In this document: positions 56,908-64,000 of the stretch, in pieces
Numbering within the stretch: position 1 is the first letter of the stretch
Layout of the letters: each line of letters opens with the position of its first letter
DNA from: Terriglobia bacterium
GTDB lineage: Bacteria; Acidobacteriota; Terriglobia; Acidiferrales; UBA7541
Direction: 5' to 3'
NCBI GenBank assembly: GCA_963695545.1
Contig: OY968796.1
Span: 2,752,001-2,816,000, forward strand
DNA: 64,000 bases
Translations under genes and position numbers: made by a program
The notes under the pieces: model-generated
Databases searched by the model: none
What the model saw: only the letters and a program-made list of their open reading frames with translations
What the model was told of the DNA's origin: nothing

Positions 56908-58110
56908 ATGGCCGCCAAGCCCACAACCTACGTAGTGATTCTCGCGCTCCTATGCGCTGGAGCCGCGATCAGACTCGGCATGGTCTACTGGCAGAGCGCT
57001 CACGCGAATCAGGAAGCGGATGAAGCTGATCTGGCGAGATCGCAGCGCGTACCAGATTGGGCGGCACAATTTCTGGCGATCGATGCGGCCCCGGCGCGCA
57101 TGAGCGATCAGCACCCATGTGTTTACGAATCGATGGAGCAGGCAAAGCCAGCGCCGCAAAGAGGGCAGTGCGGAACCGCGACGTCGTTGTTCACACAGCC
57201 CGTCGATCAATTTGAGGTCGATCTGCGCTACGGCAATTTCGTGCTGCGTCAGACCGATCTTTTCTTGAGCGATGGCCTCGCGGTCCCTTTTACACGGGCC
57301 TACACCTCGCAGGACTGGTTCTATCCAAATCACGTCCACGCCTTCGGCAAAAACACGAACCAGACTTACGACATAGCCCCAATCGGCACAAGGAATCCGT
57401 ACACTTGGATGGCGATCGCGCTCGAAGACGGCGACTTTCTTTACTTCGATCGCATCTCCACCGGCACCAGCTATTCCGACGCTCTGTATCGGCACACGGA
57501 AACCGGTGGGCGTTTCTACAAAGCGATCATCTACTGGAATGGCGGCAGCTGGACCGCGAGATTGGATGACGGTTCCCTGATCGCCTTTCCCGAATCCTCG
57601 CAAGCGCAGAAAATTGCGGACGGCGCTCCCACTTGGGTCGAGGACTCCATGGGAAATAAATTGCGCCTTGCGCGCGACGCAGAACACAAACTACAGGAAA
57701 TCCGCACTCCCCGCGGCCACATAATCCGTCTCACCTATAACGACGAGGGCCTGATCTCGCGCGCGGACGACGATCAGAACAATTGGGCGACCTACCTCTA
57801 CAACCTCGACGGGATGCTGATGACGGTGACATTTTCTTCGGGTAAGAAACGCCAATATGAATACGACGGCACTCAAATGACGGTGGTTCGCGACGAGAAC
57901 AACAACGTCCTGGTACGCAATACCTACGATCCGGGCGGACGCGTTGTCACGCAGCAATTCGCCGATGGCGAGGTCTATCACTACTCCTACCGCGCGGTAC
58001 CTGGCGCCACATACGCAGAATCCGCGATCGTGCGACTCGCGGACGGCACCGAGCAAACCGTCGAAACTGCGGACACGGTGCCCGAGTTCGTGAAAAGCGC
58101 GCCACAATAG
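56908..58110 (+). CDS. DUF6531-like plus YD/RHS-repeat protein with N-terminal membrane anchor; no toxin domain
   Basis: VDL..GNF....TDL.L.....F.R.Y.S; repeats D..GN..., Y..DG.L, YD..GRV; ends without an RHS core motif. Confidence 0.75.
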   Translation: MAAKPTTYVVILALLCAGAAIRLGMVYWQSAHANQEADEADLARSQRVPDWAAQFLAIDAAPARMSDQHPCVYESMEQAKPAPQRGQCGTATSLFTQPVDQFEVDLRYGNFVLRQTDLFLSDGLAVPFTRAYTSQDWFYPNHVHAFGKNTNQTYDIAPIGTRNPYTWMAIALEDGDFLYFDRISTGTSYSDALYRHTETGGRFYKAIIYWNGGSWTARLDDGSLIAFPESSQAQKIADGAPTWVEDSMGNKLRLARDAEHKLQEIRTPRGHIIRLTYNDEGLISRADDDQNNWATYLYNLDGMLMTVTFSSGKKRQYEYDGTQMTVVRDENNNVLVRNTYDPGGRVVTQQFADGEVYHYSYRAVPGATYAESAIVRLADGTEQTVETADTVPEFVKSAPQ

Positions 58111-58180
58111 CGCCCCCGCGCAGCCAAATGGTATTTGAATCGACAACGCAGGGCCATCCCGCGCGCATTCGAGTATCGAG

Positions 58181-60514
58181 ATGCCGCATAATCGCAGAAT
58201 GTTTGTGACGCGCGCCCGACCCGCGCCAAGCGCGATACTCCGACCGATTCGCTTCGGGGCGCTCTGCGTCCTCGCGGCAAGCCTGCTTCTCGGCTGTTCG
58301 CGCGATCCCAACGTCCGAAAGCAAAAGTACTTCAAGCGCGGCGTGCAGTACCTCGAAGTCAGAAAAGTTCAAGAAGCCGCCATCGAGTTTGAAGACGCGA
58401 TTCAGATCGACCCGAAATTCGGCGACGCGCACTACCAACTCGCGCAATGTTTCTTGCGAGAATCGAACTTCATCGGCGCGTATCAGGAACTTCTCTACAC
58501 CGTCGACCTCGAACCCAAAAATGCAGACGCGTTGACTGACCTCGCAAAAATTCTCCTCGCCGGCGGGAAAATGCAGGACGCCCATGACCGCGCCGCCGCG
58601 GCTCTCGCTCTCAAGCCACAGGACTTCGACGCCCAGCTCCTGCTCGCCGATGCCGATGCCAGTCTCGGAAACATCGATCTGGCGGCGCGGGAAGTGCACG
58701 GCGCAATTCAAATAGACCCCGCGCGCCCGGAAGCATACGTGGTCCTCGCCGCCCTTGACGCCAAGCAGCAAAAATTGGGCGACGCCGAAGCCAGCCTGCA
58801 GAAGGCGATTTCCGTCAATCCCAAGTTTGTGCCGGCGCGCCTGGTGCTCGCGGAATTTTACGTGCAGCAGAAGCGCCTTCCGGAAGCCGAGCAGCAACTC
58901 CTCTCGGCCGTGGCCGCGGCCCCGGACAATCCCGCCGCTCCCGCCGCGCTCGCTCGATTCTATCTGGCGCAGGGTCGCAAGGACGATGCCGAGCGTGTTC
59001 TGGCGAACGCCAAGAGCGCGATGACCGACGATCCCCGCGGCTATCGCCTGCTTGGCGACTTCTACATCGGCGTCGGTGATTCGGCCAGGGCGCTCGCGGA
59101 ATTCGCATCACTCTACAAGGCGCATCCTGAAGACCTCGGCGTGAAGAGAACCTACATCGAGCTTCTGCTCCAGGCGGGGCATGCGGACCAAGCCGAAAAG
59201 CTAAACGACGAGATTCTCAAGGACACGCCCAAAGATGTCGACGCGGGAATTACGCGCGGGGAAATCCTCAGCCGCACTGGTCATCCCGACCAGGCCGTCA
59301 GCGCCTTGCAAGACGTCGTAAAAAATAATCCTGAGAACGCCGTCGCCCATTTCAATCTCGGCCTCGCCTATAACGACAACGGCGCTCCGGAACGCGCCGA
59401 GAGCGAATGGCAGGCCGCCGTCAAATTGGCGCCCTCCATGGTGGAGGCGCAGCGCGCGCTGGCTAGCATGGCCATCGAACATCGCGATTGGGGCGCCCTG
59501 GCCGCCATTGCCAATCAATTGATCCAGACGCAGCCGCGCTCGCCGCTCGGCTACAACTATCTTGGAATCGAGCGCGTTGCGAACGGCGATCAGGTTGTCG
59601 CGGAGATGAATTTCGCGAAGGCCATCGAGGTGGCTCCGGGCGACTCCACCGCCTACATCGAGATGGCGAAATTGCGCATGCTCCAAAAACGCCCCGCGGA
59701 CGCGCAAAAGCTGTTTCAACAGGTTCTCGATCACGATCCCAATTCGTTCGAGGCGCTGAGCGGCATCGCGCTCGTCGACATGCAGCAGAAACAGCCCGCG
59801 CAGGCTTTGTCCGCGGTCCGCGCGCAGATCGTCATATCGCCGAATAACGGTGGGTTCTACTTCCTGCTAGGGCAGTTGCTTCTGGCCACCAAAGATGAGT
59901 CCGGCGCGGAGGCGGCGTTGCAAAAAGCCGCCGACCTCAATCCCAGCAACGACGATGCGATTCTCTTGCTCGCTACGCTCGAAGTGCAGCGCGGCGCGCT
60001 GGATCAGGCCGCCGGTCTGTACACCCGAGCCATGCAGAGGAATCCGCGCGATATTCGTCTGTACGTCGGCCTCGCCGAACTCGAGGATAGCCGCGGAAAC
60101 TGGCAGCAGGCGGAAAAGCTCTATCAACAGGCATTGCTGATCAAGCCCGATGACCCCAACGTATCGAACAATTTGGCCTACGAAATGATCCAACACGGCG
60201 GCGATAAAGACGAAGCCATGACCTTGGCGCAAACCGCCCGCCGCGGCCTCCCGAACGTCGCGAACACCGCGGACACGCTCGGCGAAGCCTACTACTACCA
60301 GGGTTGGTTCCCCTCGGCTGTCGGCATCCTGCAAACTGCCGTCCAAGCTGCGCCCACCGATCCCACTTATCACTACCACCTGGGCCTCGCATACCAAAAA
60401 ACAGGCGATTCCGCCCACGCCAAACAGGAATTCGTTCGCGCCCTGGATCTACACCCCTCCGCCGATCAAGCCGGCGAAATCCGCAAAGCCCTAAGCGCTA
60501 ATTCCGGAAGTTGA
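58181..60514 (+). CDS. Long TPR lipoprotein (PrsT-like)
   Basis: Lipobox LLLGC, many TPRs, NNLAY, DTLG..YY..G, YHYHLGLAY. Start may be 58199. Confidence 0.88.
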   Translation: MPHNRRMFVTRARPAPSAILRPIRFGALCVLAASLLLGCSRDPNVRKQKYFKRGVQYLEVRKVQEAAIEFEDAIQIDPKFGDAHYQLAQCFLRESNFIGAYQELLYTVDLEPKNADALTDLAKILLAGGKMQDAHDRAAAALALKPQDFDAQLLLADADASLGNIDLAAREVHGAIQIDPARPEAYVVLAALDAKQQKLGDAEASLQKAISVNPKFVPARLVLAEFYVQQKRLPEAEQQLLSAVAAAPDNPAAPAALARFYLAQGRKDDAERVLANAKSAMTDDPRGYRLLGDFYIGVGDSARALAEFASLYKAHPEDLGVKRTYIELLLQAGHADQAEKLNDEILKDTPKDVDAGITRGEILSRTGHPDQAVSALQDVVKNNPENAVAHFNLGLAYNDNGAPERAESEWQAAVKLAPSMVEAQRALASMAIEHRDWGALAAIANQLIQTQPRSPLGYNYLGIERVANGDQVVAEMNFAKAIEVAPGDSTAYIEMAKLRMLQKRPADAQKLFQQVLDHDPNSFEALSGIALVDMQQKQPAQALSAVRAQIVISPNNGGFYFLLGQLLLATKDESGAEAALQKAADLNPSNDDAILLLATLEVQRGALDQAAGLYTRAMQRNPRDIRLYVGLAELEDSRGNWQQAEKLYQQALLIKPDDPNVSNNLAYEMIQHGGDKDEAMTLAQTARRGLPNVANTADTLGEAYYYQGWFPSAVGILQTAVQAAPTDPTYHYHLGLAYQKTGDSAHAKQEFVRALDLHPSADQAGEIRKALSANSGS

Positions 60515-60630
60515 ACGGTCCAGGGGCCAAGTCAGGCCGGCGCGGGACGGGCGCGCGGAACGTCTTGACGGCCAATGCGGCTCCGAGGAGCACCGTGCGA
60601 GGCCACTCTTCAGGCGAACCGCGTGGCCGT

Positions 60631-61194
60631 CTAGGATTCGCGCGTCGGCGCGTTTTCTTGCGGCGAGCCAGGATCGGGGACCAGGTATTCGACCAACACG
60701 ACGTCGCGCAGGGAATCGCGATGGCGGGCGTGCGCGCGGTGGCGGCCGACTTCGCGCCAGCCGGTGGCGAGGCAAAGGCGCAGGCTATCGCGATTGTCCG
60801 CGAGCACGCGGCCGATCAACTTTCGGTAACCGAGGCGCGGCGCGTCGGCTTGCACGGCGCGCATCAATTGCCGGCCGATGCCGTAACTGCGAAACGACCG
60901 GCGCACGAAAATGAAAACTTCGCCGATGTCGTCGAGCGTGAGACGAAAATCGTATTCTTCGATGGCCGCCCAGCCCGCCACCCAATTGCGCACTTCGGCC
61001 ACGATCAGCGGATGTTTGGGATCTTGTTCGGCGTTGGCGATGCGATAGCGTTGCTCTTCGATCGAGCGCGGTTCGTAGTCGAACGTGGCCATGCCGTCGC
61101 TCACGGCGTCGTTGAAAATTTCGCGCAGCGCGGTGGCGTCGTCGGATTGTGCGGGGCGAATCCCGAGCTTCGGTCCGCCCTCAGGTGTAGCCAT
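60631..61194 (-). CDS. GNAT N-acetyltransferase (Pat/MddA-like)
   Basis: IRPA...D, IFN.AV....ATFD.EP, R..GIGR.L, N..SL.L...G...VG. Confidence 0.85.
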   Translation of the reverse strand: MATPEGGPKLGIRPAQSDDATALREIFNDAVSDGMATFDYEPRSIEEQRYRIANAEQDPKHPLIVAEVRNWVAGWAAIEEYDFRLTLDDIGEVFIFVRRSFRSYGIGRQLMRAVQADAPRLGYRKLIGRVLADNRDSLRLCLATGWREVGRHRAHARHRDSLRDVVLVEYLVPDPGSPQENAPTRES

Positions 61195-61332
61195 GTTGAG
61201 ATTCTACCATCGAAGAAATGGATTGCGGGTCGCCGCCACGCAATGAAATTGAAAAGTTTGCGGCCGCGGCCGAACGGTGCGTTTGGAGCTGTGCTTGACA
61301 ATTTCTCGGTTGGCCGACAAACTAGCGACCAA

Positions 61333-61788
61333 ATGAGCGAACTTTGGCAGCGAATGACGCTCGGGGATTTCTGGAAGGGTTTGTGGCTGACGTTTACGTC
61401 GCAGAATCCGAAGAAAATTTACACCGAGCAGTATCCGCTCGAGCGGCCCATGGTGGCCGAGCGCTATCGCGGCGCGCCGCGCCTGAATATCAATCCTGAG
61501 ACCGGCGAAACGCTCTGCATCGCCTGCAATTTGTGCGCTTTGGCGTGCCCGGAGAATTTAATTGTTGTCGGCTGGCACCGCGACGACGCAACGCGCCGCA
61601 AGGTGCTGACGCATTTCACCTACGATACCTCGCGCTGCATGTTTTGCGGCTTGTGCGAGGATGCCTGCCCCACCGATTGCCTGGAACTGACGCAAGATTT
61701 CGAGATGGCCGCCTACAGCCGCGAAGGCGCCATCTGGGATCGACATCGCCTCGAAGAAGGCCCAACTCCGGCGCGATACACCCGGTAA
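61333..61788 (+). CDS. nuoI: NADH-quinone oxidoreductase subunit I-like 2x[4Fe-4S] protein (stand-alone)
   Basis: T.QYP.E.......RYRG, CIACNLCALACP, CMFCGLCEDACP.D.L.LT.DFE; ATG 61333. Confidence 0.88.
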   Translation: MSELWQRMTLGDFWKGLWLTFTSQNPKKIYTEQYPLERPMVAERYRGAPRLNINPETGETLCIACNLCALACPENLIVVGWHRDDATRRKVLTHFTYDTSRCMFCGLCEDACPTDCLELTQDFEMAAYSREGAIWDRHRLEEGPTPARYTR

Positions 61789-61798
61789 CACGCCGCGC

Positions 61799-62776
61799 AT
61801 GGAACTCCGCAAAGACCCGATCACCAATAGCTGGATTGTCGTGGGCCACAGAGAAAGCGTCAGCGCGGCCTCCGCTGAGTGCCCGTTGTGCCCAACGGCG
61901 TCGTCGCCCGCGCCGCTGCTGCAGATTCCGGGCGATGGCCCGTGGAGCGTTTGCGTGCGGCCCCACCCGGATGGGCTCTATCACGTTGAAGGCGAAGCGG
62001 GCCGCGAGGCGGAAGGCATCTACGACAAAATGAATTCCGTCGGTAAGCACGAGCTGATCGCCGAGACTCCCGCGCACGACGGCACGCTCGCTTACTTACC
62101 GGACAGCCAGATCGACGCCGTGCTCGAAGCGTATCGGCAACGCATTGTCGAACTGAAGAAAGACAAGCGATTCAAATACGTGACGGTGTTCCGCAATCGC
62201 GGTCTTTCCGCGGGCGAGGAGTTCAGCCATCCGCATTCGGAAATCACGGCGACGTCGTTCGTGCCGCGCCGCATCGTCTATGAGTTGCGCGCCGCACGGA
62301 CCTGGTACGAAGAAAAAGAGCGCTGCGTATTCTGCGACATCGTGCGCCAGGAAGAGCGCCGCGGACGGCGGTTGGTCGATACGCAGGGAGACTATTTCGC
62401 GCTGTGCCCGTACGCCTCGCGTGTGCCATTCGAGGTTTGGGTGATGAGCCGGCGGCACAATCATCTGTTCGAGCAGCCGGCGCCGAAAACGAACACACGC
62501 GACCTTTCCATGCTGCTAGGCAGAACACTGCGCCGCATTGGGCGCGTAACGGGCAGCTACCACATGGTGCTGCATACGGCCCCGAACACTTCCGATAAGC
62601 GCGGCGACATCAAGCAGTACTGGAAGACGATCGCCGAAGATTATCACTGGCACATCGAGATTTTGCCGATCCTCGAAAAGGTCAAAAAGTCCTACAGCAT
62701 CAAGGAAGTTTATTTCAATTCGTTGCTGCCGGAAGAAGCTGCCGAGCGGCTTCGGCAGATCGATCCCGCGCCCTGA
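61799..62776 (+). CDS. galT: Galactose-1-phosphate uridylyltransferase-like HIT-superfamily protein (divergent)
   Basis: ELRKDP....W, CP.CP, G.HE.I.ETP.H, F.N.G..AG...HPHS, C.FCDI, P.ASR.PFE, YHWHIE, PEEAA..LR. Confidence 0.8.
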   Translation: MELRKDPITNSWIVVGHRESVSAASAECPLCPTASSPAPLLQIPGDGPWSVCVRPHPDGLYHVEGEAGREAEGIYDKMNSVGKHELIAETPAHDGTLAYLPDSQIDAVLEAYRQRIVELKKDKRFKYVTVFRNRGLSAGEEFSHPHSEITATSFVPRRIVYELRAARTWYEEKERCVFCDIVRQEERRGRRLVDTQGDYFALCPYASRVPFEVWVMSRRHNHLFEQPAPKTNTRDLSMLLGRTLRRIGRVTGSYHMVLHTAPNTSDKRGDIKQYWKTIAEDYHWHIEILPILEKVKKSYSIKEVYFNSLLPEEAAERLRQIDPAP

Positions 62777-62786
62777 GCTGCTTCGC

Positions 62787-63428
62787 ATGGGTATAAGACG
62801 CAGGGAACACGGCGGAATCCTCGCAAAACTTCTCGCACTGCTGTTGCTAGTTTGCGTGGCGGGCGGGATTTACCTGCTGCGCCATCCCATCTTGCGCGAG
62901 GCCGGAGATTTCTGGGTGGTCGAAGATCCGATCGAGCACTCCGACGCGATCGTGGTGCTTGGCGACGACGATTATTCGGGAGATCGCGCGGCGCGCGCAG
63001 CCGAGTTGTATCGAGAGGGATGGGCGCCGGTCGTTGTCGCGAGCGGCCGTATGCTGCGTCCGTATGCGGGCATCGCGGAGCTTGAGGCGCACGATCTCGA
63101 GGCCGACGGGGTGCCGCAGAATTCAGTCGTGCAATTCGCACACCGCGCGGAGAACACGCGCGAGGAAGCGCTCGCGCTGCGCGGGCTGTTGGCACAACGC
63201 GGCTGGCACAATGTGGTAATCGTGACGTCGAATTACCATACGCGCCGCGCGCGGTTCATCTTTAGCCGCGTGCTGCCAGAGGACGTGACCGCGCACGTAG
63301 CTTCGGCACCAGATGCCAACTACGACCCGGGCGGCTGGTGGTACTCGAGACAAGGGATAAAACTTTTCTCTTTCGAGTGCGTGGGTTATTTGGTCGCGCG
63401 CTGGGAATTACGCGATAAGGCCTTGTAG
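62787..63428 (+). CDS. YdcF/DUF218 (ElyC/SanA-like) family protein
   Basis: N-terminal TM, DAIVVLG, R...AAELY..G, NT.EEA, IVTSNYHTRRA. Confidence 0.88.
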   Translation: MGIRRREHGGILAKLLALLLLVCVAGGIYLLRHPILREAGDFWVVEDPIEHSDAIVVLGDDDYSGDRAARAAELYREGWAPVVVASGRMLRPYAGIAELEAHDLEADGVPQNSVVQFAHRAENTREEALALRGLLAQRGWHNVVIVTSNYHTRRARFIFSRVLPEDVTAHVASAPDANYDPGGWWYSRQGIKLFSFECVGYLVARWELRDKAL

Positions 63429-63782
63429 CAGAATCATTTAGGCGCTGTTTTGGGCTTCGGACTCCCCGGGGAGCGGACCCGAGGCTTATCGTGGGGCAGC
63501 GGCCGCCTGCCAGCGGAAGTCCCCCGCAAAGCTAGAATTTGCCGTAGGAAGCGGGCGCCGACAGGCAATTCGAGTGCCGCGCAGAAGATAATGGTTATCT
63601 GGGAACTTGTGACCCATAGACCGCAACTTTTTTCAGTTTACTTCCACTCAATGTGTGTACTATATTGCGCGACATAGTTGCTCTCTCCCAGCGTTCTGCT
63701 CGGGCAGTACCCGCCGCAGCTTAGGGAGCACAGGCCCAGAAGCGCGCAATATTGAAGAAGGTAAGTTGTCGGAGGTAGTGCG

Positions 63783-64000
63783 ATGTGGCGCAAGCCAGAT
63801 GAGCCGAAGGTTTCTTCTCCCTCTGCCGCACCCACGTTTCCGCAAGCCGCCGCGCCACGCACCGAAACGCTGTCCGCGACTTCAGCGCCCGCAGGAACTG
63901 CCGCGGCGACTCCCGCAAATCGAACTGTGAGTGCGCCTCCATCGGGCGGAGCACTGCTCACGCCCTCGATCATCGTGAAGGGAGAAATCTCCGGACGCGA
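63783..64000 (+). CDS. Bactofilin (polymer-forming cytoskeletal protein), 5' part, truncated by the window edge
   Basis: GGAGG RBS; MWRKPDEP, Pro/Ala-rich linker, then LLTPSIIVKGEISGR, the start of the beta-helix. Not in the ORF track. Confidence 0.75.
   Translation, partial: MWRKPDEPKVSSPSAAPTFPQAAAPRTETLSATSAPAGTAAATPANRTVSAPPSGGALLTPSIIVKGEISGR

Noticed and set aside
60452..60463. Possible att duplicate of the tRNA-Ser 3' end (cacccctccgcc)
   Set aside because: Short, imperfect and inside the TPR coding sequence; no integrase in the window.
60511..61332. N-terminal extension of the NuoI ORF (425 aa)
   Set aside because: It is antisense to the GNAT gene; NuoI similarity and a candidate promoter point to ATG 61333.

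Overview
GC-rich bacterial chromosome segment whose gene content (Oar-like TonB receptor with N-terminal carboxypeptidase-regulatory-like domain, wHTH-TM-malectin protein, long TPR lipoproteins) suggests Acidobacteriota; the taxonomy is inferred, not shown. About 47 CDS (two truncated at the window edges) and one tRNA-Ser(CGA). No rRNA, CRISPR array, integrase or transposase was recognised. Main blocks: (1) sugar and housekeeping genes (rpiA, IlvD/Edd sugar-acid dehydratase, sugar porter, GH38, ROK kinase, NRAMP) with a small RHH plus unknown-partner TA-like cassette; (2) an alpha-2-macroglobulin locus with an intact CTEQ thioester, DUF1175, a SpoIID-HExxH fusion and a transpeptidase-only PBP; (3) the most unusual block, 23.3-31.6 kb: two tandem paralogous uncharacterised lipoproteins with duplicated promoter/operator, then a SLOG-SLATT-SLATT protein and a patatin phospholipase, converging on a membrane-split alpha/beta-hydrolase, a candidate envelope-linked conflict or defence system with no recognisable signal synthase in the window; (4) a TonB/malectin-regulator/LacI/MFS/GH2 glycan-use locus; (5) a glcD-glcE-GNAT-glcF and glyoxylate reductase-glcG-glycerate kinase cluster; (6) tadA, tRNA-Ser, a toxin-less RHS-like gene, TPR proteins, an orphan nuoI, a divergent galT, a YdcF-family gene and a bactofilin. 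Two distant intergenic regions share a colinear non-coding element of about 90 bp. All family calls are motif recognition by eye; no searches were run.
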